Assembly (NCBI GenBank): GCA_000146465.1
Contig: CP001950.1
Strand: one strand, 5' to 3'
Length of the DNA stretch: 64,000 nucleotides
In this document: piece by piece, positions 1 to 9,715 of the stretch
Position numbering within the stretch: the first letter of the stretch is position 1
Layout of the letters: each line of letters begins with the position of its first letter
Program-made: the position numbers and the translations under genes
Notes under the pieces: model-generated
Seen by the model: only the letters and a program-made list of their open reading frames with translations
Databases searched by the model: none
Told to the model about the DNA's origin: nothing

Positions 1-340
1 TCAGAGCCTTTTCGTTGTTAAGTATGTTTATTTGGAGGGATCTCCCGGCATATGCTACTGCCTCTTTGTATGCCTTAATCTTTGCAAGACATATCGTAAG
101 ATTGTTGTATACACTAACAAGCCTCTCATCACACTCCTCCATTAGATTCAGGCACTTTAGGTACAAGACTGCAGCCTCGCTGTACATCTTCTCTTTCAAC
201 AACAAAAGACCTCTATCCATGTACTCTCTGATACTTTTCTCTCTCCGGTTTCTTCTCCATGCACGAACCCCCTGCCACACAAGTATAGCTCCAGACATCA
301 CAGTAACAGCTAGAAAAGCAGAAGTCTTCCTCCCTACCAT
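1..340 (-). CDS. TPR-repeat protein with N-terminal membrane anchor (Tom70-like mitosomal import receptor candidate); 5' portion only, CDS continues beyond window start
   Basis: Minus-strand ATG at 340..338. Translation MVGRKTSAFLAVTVMSGAILVWQG (hydrophobic anchor) followed by TPR-like helices (YSEAAVLYLKCLNL, YNNLTICLAKIKAYKEAVAYAGRSL). No stop before position 1. Absent from the ORF track because it is truncated. Confidence 0.4.
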   Translation of the reverse strand, partial: MVGRKTSAFLAVTVMSGAILVWQGVRAWRRNRREKSIREYMDRGLLLLKEKMYSEAAVLYLKCLNLMEECDERLVSVYNNLTICLAKIKAYKEAVAYAGRSLQINILNNEKAL

Positions 341-374
341 TGGGTCCAAAATATTGCCCAATTTTTACTTCAAC

Positions 375-2546
375 CTAAATGCCTGTTCTCTCAGACTTCT
401 GGTTTCCATAAAGCTCCTTGAACTTGTCTCTAAACCTTGAACACTCCCCTCTAATCAACAACCCCAACTCATGTACCTGTTCTCTATCGGCATCAAGCAG
501 AAAGTATAACATTGTTTCTTTGATTCTATCGACATACTCCTCGGGAAACCTCCCTTCAATCCATGAGAGACAAGAGATAATAAGCTCATAATACCTTTCC
601 AAATGAGAGCTTGTCTGTCCAAAGTCCACTGTGGCACCAGACAAAATCATAGCCCTCGATCCAACACACATGTACATGGCCTCCAGATCCTTTGAAGCTT
701 CTTCTCTCCTCCACTCACATACAGCGCATCCTCTAATGTACAGACAAACCATTCTTGATGTTTCCAGAGACACCCTTTGGACTCCATTAAGAAGTCTATG
801 CAGAATCCCAATGACACTTGCATTGAAGCAAACAAAATCTTTTTGCAATCTCCCTACAAAGGCATTCAGAAAAATCGACTTCTCCTCTTCAGACCCTAGG
901 GAACTTATGTAGTCGGATATAATACATCTCAATCTGATAGTCCTTTGGTCCAAGCTCTGAATATTCCTTAGAAACAAGTCTACAAGGATGTTCCACTTCT
1001 TTTCAGTCTCAATATGTCCAAAAATCTTTATCAGCAGATATCCAGAGTACAGCAGAAGATCTGGCTGGCTTCCTATAGATTCCACAAATAGCTCGATATA
1101 TACAAGATGCTCAGGGTTCTTTACGAAGAGACTGTCAAACATAAACGCTAGCCACTCCTCCTGTAGTCCTGGATGGCAAGCAAAGACAATCATGTCGGAC
1201 CATGAAATATCTCTTTTCAGGCTTTCAAGGACTCTAAGTACTTTGGACGGATGTCTTGCACGTTCTATGTCATTGTAGAACATAATGCGATCGAAAGACG
1301 TCTTCCATGGATGCAAGGATTCCAAGCTCCTATATTTTGCCACAAGAAACCTGTTATGGATTCGGTCCCATTCATCCAAGCCCACCTGTTCTACCCTCTG
1401 TAAGGTCAGTCCTTGCAGTGAGGAGTAGGCTGACGAAAAGTTGAACCCGGCCGACCCTTCCAAGAGACGGCATATCGACGGAATTGTCTCCAGAACACAT
1501 ACTACTGCAAAGACTTCTTCATAGAGCGACATACTCCCAGAAGAAAGAGATTCAAGACGGAATATTACCTCTTTGAGTATTCCGGAGGATGTTTTGGAGA
1601 CAGAGGTGGTGAAGTGAAACCTAGATAGAAGATCAATGGTTGAAATGATCTCTCCTGCATCCTTTTCATTGATGAACATAAAGCTTGTGTGACGAGAAAC
1701 TATGTCAACAAGATAAGAGATTAGTGACAGGACATATTCGTCTCTTCCATTCATAGTGTCTGGGATGTACTTGAGCACCGACTGGAGGACGATACAGCAG
1801 GCCACAATGTTCTTATCAAGGAGATTCCGTGTTACATATGTAGTTAGCCTGGAAAACATTGGAAGGAGTCTCTTGAAACACATTGTTTCATTATCTAGCA
1901 GAAGCATGACCAGACCTATTTCCTTATGGCTAAATCCACAACTGAATATTCTTTTTATCATTGACTTGTACAGGCTGTACGTCTGGCTATATCCAAAGTA
2001 TCCTCGATAGTATTCAAGATCGATGTGGGACAATCCTAACTCACTGATGCAGCCAACAAAGTCCTCCATCCCAACAGGGATTATGGCTTTCTTTACGAAT
2101 TCGGACATTTTCTGGTCGAAATCCACTTCCACAATCTTCTCAGCTTCTGCAAACTCCTTAAAAAAGGCCTTGAGCTCCTTCATGATCTGAGAAGTTCCCT
2201 CCTCGGCCGAGATAGGGAGATTTACAAGCAGGAAGTATCTTACATAGATGTCTGGGATGGAAAGGATGTCTGCTATGGATGGAGGCGAAGTCCCCGCTGT
2301 TGTTTCTATAATCTTCTGTCTATCTGTTTCTATGTAGAAGCCTATGTCGCGTACAACTGCCATCCAGGCCTGGTGTGGAATGAGTTTTAAGTGCAGAGCC
2401 ACCAATGAAGTTCCAGGACATGTGTCGTGTGATGGAAAGTGTTTGATCTGAACACACCGATTTGACGAGCCCCAGAGCGTAACCCCGGATGTCAAGGATA
2501 GGGGATAAAAGCCTTGGGCTCGAGAAGAAAATACACAAGGCAGCAC
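375..2546 (-). CDS. large alpha-helical hypothetical protein (723 aa ORF; true start possibly downstream of first Met)
   Basis: Long uninterrupted minus-strand ORF in a compact genome. No motif I can assign with confidence. Confidence 0.45.
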   Translation of the reverse strand: MLPCVFSSRAQGFYPLSLTSGVTLWGSSNRCVQIKHFPSHDTCPGTSLVALHLKLIPHQAWMAVVRDIGFYIETDRQKIIETTAGTSPPSIADILSIPDIYVRYFLLVNLPISAEEGTSQIMKELKAFFKEFAEAEKIVEVDFDQKMSEFVKKAIIPVGMEDFVGCISELGLSHIDLEYYRGYFGYSQTYSLYKSMIKRIFSCGFSHKEIGLVMLLLDNETMCFKRLLPMFSRLTTYVTRNLLDKNIVACCIVLQSVLKYIPDTMNGRDEYVLSLISYLVDIVSRHTSFMFINEKDAGEIISTIDLLSRFHFTTSVSKTSSGILKEVIFRLESLSSGSMSLYEEVFAVVCVLETIPSICRLLEGSAGFNFSSAYSSLQGLTLQRVEQVGLDEWDRIHNRFLVAKYRSLESLHPWKTSFDRIMFYNDIERARHPSKVLRVLESLKRDISWSDMIVFACHPGLQEEWLAFMFDSLFVKNPEHLVYIELFVESIGSQPDLLLYSGYLLIKIFGHIETEKKWNILVDLFLRNIQSLDQRTIRLRCIISDYISSLGSEEEKSIFLNAFVGRLQKDFVCFNASVIGILHRLLNGVQRVSLETSRMVCLYIRGCAVCEWRREEASKDLEAMYMCVGSRAMILSGATVDFGQTSSHLERYYELIISCLSWIEGRFPEEYVDRIKETMLYFLLDADREQVHELGLLIRGECSRFRDKFKELYGNQKSERTGI

Positions 2547-3025
2547 TTCTTGAGACAGTTACGGTCTTGAACGATGTTGCCGATGGCAAGAAAAAAAGAA
2601 AGAGCAGAGAGGATACTTCGGTGGCAGAGGTAAGGGAGAAAAAAAATAAGAAGGATACCCGAAAGAAAACCGATAGCCAGGGAATAAGACCCAGTAAGCA
2701 AAAAAGAAATGCAGCTAGAAAGAATGGAGAGATTACAAAGAAGAAAGTGGAGGAAAAGACAAATGAAGACAAAGACTCTACAGAATGCTTGAAAAAGATG
2801 ACAAGGAAAGAAAGAAGACTGGAAAAGCTAAGAAGTAAGGGGAAAGGACTACCTTCGAAAGAATATTTTGAGAAATTTATCAAGAAGTATAAGGATGACT
2901 CTCCACAGGAGAAGGCCACCCGGGGTGTTCTCCCTTCCAAGCGGAAGGAGGACTTCCCCAAAGGAGATGGAAACAAGAGAAAGAAAGGATCCTTCTCCAA
3001 AAAAAGAAAAGGTAGAGATCAGTAA
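2489..3025 (+). CDS. Lys/Glu-rich low-complexity protein (nucleolar-like); uncertain
   Basis: 178-aa ORF, KKKRK-rich. It is purine-rich on the + strand. The antisense ORF 2320..3000 is the Phe/Leu/Ser-rich mirror. It overlaps the 5' end of the neighbouring minus-strand ORF by about 57 nt. Confidence 0.25.
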   Translation: MSRIGDKSLGLEKKIHKAALLETVTVLNDVADGKKKRKSREDTSVAEVREKKNKKDTRKKTDSQGIRPSKQKRNAARKNGEITKKKVEEKTNEDKDSTECLKKMTRKERRLEKLRSKGKGLPSKEYFEKFIKKYKDDSPQEKATRGVLPSKRKEDFPKGDGNKRKKGSFSKKRKGRDQ

Positions 3026-4872
3026 AGATCTATCCCTGGAATTAAATCTTTTCTGGGCTTTTTTCTCTCTATTGAAATGGCTTTTGTATGTGACAGCGGT
3101 ATGTCTTGACCGGAATGGAGCTTTACAACAGAGCAGTATATGGACGACACATCTTCGAGTATGCAGACTTCTATTGTTTTTCTTGCTTTGAAATAAATCG
3201 GCGTCTTATCTGAAGACCAGACCTTCAAATGGACGTCTTGGTGATCTTTCTCGAAGAGAAGAGAGGCTGAAAATCTCACAGGCATCCGACCGCAAACCTT
3301 GACTCTTGATGGAACATCCACATCATATTTCAGAAATCTTATGGAGCCAAAGTCCAGGCTTCTTATGTATTCTGCTATGTTTTTAGTGTTGTTAGCCATC
3401 GAGGGATCAAAGCCGGTATTTGCAAAGAGAAACGGGATTCTTTGGAGTATATTGCTTTTCCCTTTACGGAGCAGCTCGGCCATTCCTTTGTAAATATAGT
3501 AGATAAACCAATATCGGTGGTCATTTTCCTTTTTCATACGGCGGAACAGCCTCCTGTAGTTCTTTTCTCTTTGCTCTCCCCCATCCAGCTCCTCAAGAAA
3601 TTGATGAAGGATATCTCTAAAGAAGACATATCCTCCTCCACACCCGTCCGGCTCCGAGCATTCCATGATTTCAAGAAACAGGAAATGGTTCTCAATCACC
3701 TCGCTCATTCTTATTCCTGGGTTGGCTTTCTTCAGCTCCCGGAGAACCACCAGCCTTGCAATATAGAAAGTATCTTCTAGAGAAGACTCGACCTGTGCAA
3801 TGCTTGTATGCTTATAAAATCTATCCATATTTGCAAAGAACAGCTTTCTGTTCCTGGATACAATCTTTCTTATACATCTAAACACATCCCTGGATCTCAC
3901 GTTCACATCCATGTGGGAAACCAGGATGTCGAAGATCTCCACATCCTCGTACTTGAGGTTTGCAAGTAGACTAAGAATGTTTGCCTTGACCTTACTTCTT
4001 CGCTCTTTGAGACTTTCGCAGATCTGTCGGACTATCTCTCGGTCTATGACCAGCGTGTACTTTATGCTCATCTTCTTGAGGCATAGTGTAGAAAGCTCCC
4101 GAAGGTCTCCATCCTCATCGTTTAGTGAATCAACAATGAAGTCGAAGGCTCGGGAAACAATCCCCGGCGTGACCAGAGAGTATACAGAAGAGATTGTATT
4201 CCTACGGACGTCGGAGTATTCATCTTCAACCCCATATATCAGTGCTCCACATAGCTTTTGGTCATCAAGGCTTGTGACTTGCTTGCTCAGGAGTTTTTCG
4301 ACGACCTCATCAGAAAGGTCCTTAAACTCCCCAATTGCCCTGGAGACAAACACCCGTATTGTGAGCTCCCTATCATGTATCCTGTGGCATACAGATCGGA
4401 GAATCTTTATTTTATACTTCTCGTCCTCAGAAAATCTCATTAATTGATGTAAGGCTGCAATCCTAACGTCCGGGTTTTCATCCTCAGCCTGTTTAATCAA
4501 AGAAGAAATCCTTAGGTTCCACCTCTGGCTCAAATAGACTGCCCGGACAGAGTGGTCTGGATCATCTTGGAAAGAAGGCGGAATTATGTCTGGAAAATTT
4601 CTATAATGCAACATCAGTGATATCCTCCTTACCTTGGAATTTCTATGCAAAAGCATTCTGGATATGTCTTCGTATTCAACTTGAGTGCCTCGGCAGAGTG
4701 CATTCTCCAAATACACAATTAGATGATGATCGTTGCACTCGGAGGTGCATTCCGAAGAGTGGTACTTGGATATTGGCTTGGGGCTGCAGTCCTCGAAGTC
4801 TTTGCCAATGGTGTTTAGAATCTTGCACTTCGACGGCTCGTGAAGGTCGAATATCTGCAATCCTGGAAGCAT
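3019..4872 (-). CDS. HEAT/ARM-repeat protein (617 aa)
   Basis: Repeated HEAT-like units (NPDVRIAALHQLMRF, SDVRRNTISSVYSLV, DLRELSTLCLKKMS). Confidence 0.5.
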   Translation of the reverse strand: MLPGLQIFDLHEPSKCKILNTIGKDFEDCSPKPISKYHSSECTSECNDHHLIVYLENALCRGTQVEYEDISRMLLHRNSKVRRISLMLHYRNFPDIIPPSFQDDPDHSVRAVYLSQRWNLRISSLIKQAEDENPDVRIAALHQLMRFSEDEKYKIKILRSVCHRIHDRELTIRVFVSRAIGEFKDLSDEVVEKLLSKQVTSLDDQKLCGALIYGVEDEYSDVRRNTISSVYSLVTPGIVSRAFDFIVDSLNDEDGDLRELSTLCLKKMSIKYTLVIDREIVRQICESLKERRSKVKANILSLLANLKYEDVEIFDILVSHMDVNVRSRDVFRCIRKIVSRNRKLFFANMDRFYKHTSIAQVESSLEDTFYIARLVVLRELKKANPGIRMSEVIENHFLFLEIMECSEPDGCGGGYVFFRDILHQFLEELDGGEQREKNYRRLFRRMKKENDHRYWFIYYIYKGMAELLRKGKSNILQRIPFLFANTGFDPSMANNTKNIAEYIRSLDFGSIRFLKYDVDVPSRVKVCGRMPVRFSASLLFEKDHQDVHLKVWSSDKTPIYFKARKTIEVCILEDVSSIYCSVVKLHSGQDIPLSHTKAISIERKKPRKDLIPGIDLY

Positions 4873-4918
4873 ATGGGCGCGGAAGTGGAAGCTTAAAAAA
4901 TACCCCTGCTCTTAGTCC

Positions 4919-5920
4919 ATGGACGGACCAAAAAATGTCAGAGATCTTTGCAGAAAAGTGAAGGACGAGCTTTCGTTCAGAAAAGAGGTGAAGGGTATTG
5001 ACTTCGAGAAGGAATGGGACTTCATGGAAATAATAAAGTCTTTTGAAACGACTGGGTTCCAGGGGACAAATCTATACAAGGCAATTGAGGAGATTGAAAG
5101 GATGAGAGGCTCGAAGATATTTTTTGGATGCACCAGCAACATAATCAGCTCTGGACTCAGAGATATTATTGCCACGCTTGTCAAGAGGAAGTATGTCCAT
5201 GTACTTGTGACTACAGGAGGAGGAATAGAGGAGGACTTGATTAAGACATTCAAGCCGACCTTCTGTGGGGATTTCAACCTTAAGGGAAAGGACCTCCGAG
5301 ACAACGGGTTGAACCGAATAGGAAACCTTGTAATCCCAAGTGAAAACTATGAAGACTTCGAGACGTGGCTGAACGAGGTTGTAAACGACATAACCGAGGG
5401 ATATACAAAGGAACATCCAAGAATACTGACGCCATCGTCATTCATAAAAATCCTTGGAGAAAGAATAAATAACGAGTCTTCGGTGCTCTACTGGGCTGCA
5501 AAGAATAACATACCTGTATACTCTCCAGCAGTTACCGATGGATCAATTGGAGATATACTATCATTCCATCCAAGAAGAAATATGCTGAAGCTGGATATTG
5601 TCGAGGATACATATCGGATGAACTGTGAAGCTGTTTTTAATGGGGAAACAGGGGCCATCATACTTGGATGTGGGATTGTTAAGCATCACATCCTCAATGC
5701 TAATCTATTCAAGAACGGGCTTAATTACTGTGTCCTAATCAACAATGCTCAGGAGTTTGATGGAAGTGATGCAGGAGCCAATATAGATGAGGCAGTTAGC
5801 TGGGGAAAGATTAAATCCGAAGCAAAGGGAGTGAAGGTGTTTGGTGATGCAACAATCTTGTTTCCCCTGGTTGTAGCAGCCACATTTATGAAGCAGGACA
5901 AAGCCTGCCCGGAAAGATAA
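4919..5920 (+). CDS. DYS1: deoxyhypusine synthase
   Basis: Classic DHS motifs: GCTSNIISSGLRD, VTTGGGIEEDLIK, NRIGNLVIP, SPAVTDGSIGD, GCGIVKHH. Confidence 0.9.
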   Translation: MDGPKNVRDLCRKVKDELSFRKEVKGIDFEKEWDFMEIIKSFETTGFQGTNLYKAIEEIERMRGSKIFFGCTSNIISSGLRDIIATLVKRKYVHVLVTTGGGIEEDLIKTFKPTFCGDFNLKGKDLRDNGLNRIGNLVIPSENYEDFETWLNEVVNDITEGYTKEHPRILTPSSFIKILGERINNESSVLYWAAKNNIPVYSPAVTDGSIGDILSFHPRRNMLKLDIVEDTYRMNCEAVFNGETGAIILGCGIVKHHILNANLFKNGLNYCVLINNAQEFDGSDAGANIDEAVSWGKIKSEAKGVKVFGDATILFPLVVAATFMKQDKACPER

Positions 5921-5942
5921 TAAAGCCTTTATATCTGTTTGT

Positions 5943-6667
5943 TCAGTCTACTGTGTACTCAAGCCCGAAGCTTTTTCCATATCCACAGAGCTTCATTGAT
6001 GCGTTGTATGCAGCTCCATCAGTTTCGGAGGAATCACCTGTAGATTTCATCCCCACACAATATAGAAAACACTCCATCGACTCTGTCCTGCTTGCTCTTG
6101 GTTTCAGTAGAACCACTCCATTATAGAATCTCCTGAAGTGGTTAATCATCCATTCTGTGTACTTTCCTTGGAGACACTTGCCCACAAATGAAGAGCCTGG
6201 CTTTGAAATCCTCAAGGAAGCGCTAAGTGCAGACATCAGCAACTCTATTTGGAGATACTCATCTATCTCATGGATTCCGGTTATGTCCGGAGCTCCGTCA
6301 CACATTACAAGGTCTGCCAGTACTCCTTCTAGAGCCTCTACTATACTCCGTAAGCACGAGTCTGAAGTTATATCGCCCTTAATGCACACCACACCCTCCA
6401 TCGGGACAATGTCCTGGACATCCACAGACACTATTTTTGGACATCCCTCCTTGGAAAGCAGCCTTTCGGATGCATACTGAGACCAGCTTCCCGGCGCCGC
6501 ACATAGATCAACACACTTTCAACTCCCTCAAACAGATTGTACTCCTCGTCGATATCAATGAGCTTGTACACGCTTCTGGCTCTGTACTTGTTCTTCTTTG
6601 CAAGTCTGTAATAGACGTCTCTTTTTTCTTCTCCATCCATTCCCGGGGACAAAAACCACATTGCCAT
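5943..6667 (-). CDS. FtsJ/RrmJ-type 2'-O-ribose RNA methyltransferase (Trm7/FtsJ1-like) with an apparent 1-nt frameshift near 6505-6516
   Basis: The N-terminal ORF (6431..6667) reads DVYYRLAKKNKYRARSVYKLIDIDEEYNLFEGVES. The continuation CVDLCAAPGSWSQ...DLVMCDGAPDITG...LLKPRASRTESMECF lies in another frame (ORF 5943..6431). Hand translation of all three frames across 6481..6530 shows the SAM-binding motif VDLCAAPGSW is only in-frame after a +/-1 shift. Confidence 0.65.
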
Positions 6668-6966
6668 TGCACCTCATACTTTGGGCCAAAAAAGCCCCTA
6701 AATGTTTAGTCTGATGTCTGTTGTGTACGGAGTCCTGTTTCTCTTGAACTCCATAGTTATACTCGACGAAAAGAGATTTCTGTCCAGAGTGGGCCTTCCC
6801 TTATCTCCAGAAGCCAGAGGCATCCTTGGCCCAAGCCGTAAGAAGGTTGTCGACTTGATCAGAGCGATCAAGACCGTAATGAAGATTCCTTTAATAGTGT
6901 TGAATATAATGTGTATAACATACGAGGTATTTCTTGGATAGAAAGGAGGAGTGGATTCTGTTTATT

Positions 6967-7581
6967 TCACAGAGTATCGCTCAGATCATGGCAGTCTATC
7001 TCGAACGAAGCGTCGCCGTCCTTGTCGGATTCCTCGGATACCACTGCATTGTTCCTAAATAAATCATTGGAGTCTAAAGCCTTTTCATTTATCTTGTGGA
7101 TTCTTTGTATCTCTTTGATGTAGTTCTTGTCATAACAGCAGTTTCCCAGTGAGTTTCCGAACTGCCTCAGAGCCCTCTTGAGAGCATCCGTTGCTGCTTC
7201 TTTCTTTGCTTTTTCATATGCAATGGCCTTGGATTTCTGGTTTTCCGAACTCCCAAACCCGATGTCTTCTCTGTATGTTCCATCCTTGAGCATGACCCTA
7301 ACTAGGCAAGATACCCCCAGCCCAATCTTCTTGTCCCCTCCCTCTTCATAATCAATCGTCATGCTCCGTATTTCCGACGACCAGCCGTTGAATCCAAAAA
7401 TCCGGTTTGCCAGGCTTATGGCCATCCAGCCCTCGACATATGCTATCTTCGACATGTTAAACCCAGGCCTGTAGCTGATAAACTCCGGCCCAAGCTTTTG
7501 CCTGAGAAGTTTCGATATCTTCTTTGCTTTCTTCTTACTAAAAGTACCGGGTCTCCAGCTCCTTGGTTCTCCTTCTTGCAT
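6967..7581 (-). CDS. RAD52: RAD52 DNA recombination/repair protein (N-terminal RAD52 domain)
   Basis: LGPEFISYRPGFNMSKIAYVEGWMAISLANRIFGFNGWSSEIRSMTIDY...VRVMLKDGTYREDIGFGSSEN...KKEAATDALKRALRQFGNSLGNCCYDKNY matches the conserved RAD52 core. Start taken at Met of MQEGEP; the upstream part of the track ORF overlaps the next gene. Confidence 0.8.
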   Translation of the reverse strand: MQEGEPRSWRPGTFSKKKAKKISKLLRQKLGPEFISYRPGFNMSKIAYVEGWMAISLANRIFGFNGWSSEIRSMTIDYEEGGDKKIGLGVSCLVRVMLKDGTYREDIGFGSSENQKSKAIAYEKAKKEAATDALKRALRQFGNSLGNCCYDKNYIKEIQRIHKINEKALDSNDLFRNNAVVSEESDKDGDASFEIDCHDLSDTL

Positions 7582-7650
7582 AATACCCCTTAAAGGACTG
7601 CATTTCCGAAACAAGAACAAATAAATATTTCCTTGGTAGGGGTAACAAAA

Positions 7651-8166
7651 ATGGATCCTCTCATGAGTGCGTTCAAAGCAAGAGAAAGTAAAACATTTTA
7701 CAGCCCAATTCCACATAAGTATGAACAGATGTTCAAGCCAAAAAAATATGATCTAGAACACTTCGGACTGACTTTCTTCCAACGTGCAGTATGCTTCTCT
7801 GCATGCCTTGGGGCCGGGATTCTTTCGTTCCTCTACAGCATGATCAAGATAGTCCGCCTCTCTCCATCTGGGTTCATTCTTCCATACACAATCTCAAACT
7901 TTCTGTTCTTCATTATGTTTGGGTTTCTGCTTGGCTTCAGATCCTATCTCGAAGGCTTGTTCTCTAAGAAGAAGCGCATCCACAGCTCATGGTTTATTGG
8001 CTGTACACTTCTGACCCTCTATGTTGTCTTGAAATACGACAGATACCTCCTCAACTTAGTATTCTGCTTCGTCCAAGTGACGTCGTTCATCATGTTCTCC
8101 TTGACCTTCATTCCCGGAGGAACCTCGGGTATGTCCTCCATGGTCAATATGTTCTTCAAGAAATAA
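7651..8166 (+). CDS. SFT2-like vesicle transport protein (four TM)
   Basis: Four hydrophobic segments with SFT2-family spacing (FFQRAVCFSACLGAGILSFLYS, ILPYTISNFLFFIMFGFLLG, GCTLLTLYVVL, FVQVTSFIMFSLTFIPGG). Confidence 0.55.
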   Translation: MDPLMSAFKARESKTFYSPIPHKYEQMFKPKKYDLEHFGLTFFQRAVCFSACLGAGILSFLYSMIKIVRLSPSGFILPYTISNFLFFIMFGFLLGFRSYLEGLFSKKKRIHSSWFIGCTLLTLYVVLKYDRYLLNLVFCFVQVTSFIMFSLTFIPGGTSGMSSMVNMFFKK

Positions 8167-8238
8167 ATGCTTTCTATAGCCTTAACACACCGGCTTTGAT
8201 GTTTGTAGCGTTAAAAGAAACTCCTGTAAAGAATTCAA

Positions 8239-8502
8239 TCATTTACTAGATAAGAAGGAAAAGGCAATGGACAACAAGACCACCATCAGGGCTATTGCGG
8301 CCTGTGGTAGTGACGAGCTGGGCACAAGCTTTCCAAGTATGTGTAGGAGAAACACATTTGCAATGAAAATCAGGGATATCACAAGAACCTGCATCGGTGA
8401 TATTAGAAGTCTTGATGGCTGGTTATACAGCAGCTCGTTGAGCTTGCTTTGCCTCTTCTTGTACTGCTGAATCTGGTTCCTATTGCTTATTTGCTTCACC
8501 AT
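8239..8502 (-). CDS. Sec61 beta subunit-like tail-anchored protein
   Basis: LLISPMQVLVISLIFIANVFLLHILGKL resembles the Sec61beta/Sbh1 C-terminal TM region ([21 protein letters not shown]). Confidence 0.5.
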   Translation of the reverse strand: MVKQISNRNQIQQYKKRQSKLNELLYNQPSRLLISPMQVLVISLIFIANVFLLHILGKLVPSSSLPQAAIALMVVLLSIAFSFLSSK

Positions 8503-8573
8503 TTTGAGGGCTAAACATACGCAATTTTAAGCATCCGAAATGCCTACATCCATTGATTCTTTGCTGCACAGGT

Positions 8574-9623
8574 CTAAAAGTCCATATCAAACCCAAACTG
8601 CAGCCTCTGGATCTGTTTGTTATTGGTAAGCGGAATGGCAAAGCTTATGCCTACCACCGGCCCGTCCTTTGCCTTCATGACAGGAACACTTGCTCCCAGC
8701 CCAACAGATGCTCCAAGACACTCGCTATCCTTGTAAGAGTGGGACTCCATGATTGACTTGAAGCTCCTCGTTATGTTTCTATCTTCAGACACATAGCCTA
8801 ACGACCAGAAGAAAAATCCTTTTGCATCCCATCTGGACACCCCCATCCGATGCGATACTTCAAAGAAGGAGTTTCCTCCAATCTTCAGTCCAGAGTTGCT
8901 TGGAGATATGCTCATTCCTCTATATCCCCGGATATTCTCTCCAAGGTAATACCTCTCTGCAATGTGTGGCTCTCCAAGTATTGTTCCTGTCGAAAGATGT
9001 ATGTCTGTGAACAGGTTCCTTGGAAAAGCTTTTCTCAGAATCATTTCTGCCTGTGTCTTCAAAAATAGTCTACACGGCCGTGAGTCAAATATTCCTATCT
9101 TGCTTTTGATGTCGATTGCCCCAAGCTTCTTCCTGAGTTCTATGAATGCCTGGTCTAGATATCCAATCCGTTCTCTCCCGACACATATCCTTTGTGTTTC
9201 CCTTTCAACCTCTAGAGAGGCACGGGTATGAGGATACTCTTCATGAGGAGACTTCATTGTGTCTCTAGACCCAAATATCCTAAGAAAACTCAGAGACTTA
9301 GCCAGAACAGGTTTAGAGAACTGGAAGCTCATGTCCTTGGAGGTTGACACAGACACCTCGAGGTTCTCTGCCCTTCCAAAGAGATTCGGAAGTTTCATCT
9401 TGAGATATCCCTTCGGGACTTTCCCTGTCGTGTCCCCGCTGAAGCTAATGCTTCTCTTCTCTTCGGTCACAGACAGTCCGTCGCAAGTCTTGGCAACTGC
9501 AGAAAATATCTTAAGCTTTCGGAGTCTGCCTATAACCTCATCCACTCCGCTTTTCCCCGGAATCCCCTGGATCTCGTCAAGGAAACTTTTGTCTGTTCTT
9601 CTTGTTCCCGTTATCTTGAACAT
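8574..9623 (-). CDS. Omp85/Sam50-like outer-membrane beta-barrel protein (mitosomal SAM50 candidate)
   Basis: POTRA-like N-terminus (MFKITGTRRTDKSFLDEIQ), alternating beta-strand pattern, and a C-terminal ...FGFDMDF ending in Phe (beta-barrel signature). Confidence 0.5.
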   Translation of the reverse strand: MFKITGTRRTDKSFLDEIQGIPGKSGVDEVIGRLRKLKIFSAVAKTCDGLSVTEEKRSISFSGDTTGKVPKGYLKMKLPNLFGRAENLEVSVSTSKDMSFQFSKPVLAKSLSFLRIFGSRDTMKSPHEEYPHTRASLEVERETQRICVGRERIGYLDQAFIELRKKLGAIDIKSKIGIFDSRPCRLFLKTQAEMILRKAFPRNLFTDIHLSTGTILGEPHIAERYYLGENIRGYRGMSISPSNSGLKIGGNSFFEVSHRMGVSRWDAKGFFFWSLGYVSEDRNITRSFKSIMESHSYKDSECLGASVGLGASVPVMKAKDGPVVGISFAIPLTNNKQIQRLQFGFDMDF

Positions 9624-9715
9624 AAGATATCCTGGGGAGATTCCAATACATTAAATACTATCGAGCCAATACACTATCCTCCTTACAAACAGACTTAGAA
9701 CAAATCCTTTAATAT

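Noticed and set aside
15-440. 141-aa + strand ORF at the window start
   Set aside because: Low-complexity translation. The opposite strand encodes a coherent TPR/TM-anchor protein starting at 340, so the + ORF is the antisense shadow.
2320-3000. 226-aa minus-strand Phe/Leu/Ser-rich ORF
   Set aside because: Mirror image of the purine-rich Lys/Glu-rich + strand ORF 2489..3025; antisense artefact of AAG/GAA-rich DNA. Neither is strongly supported.
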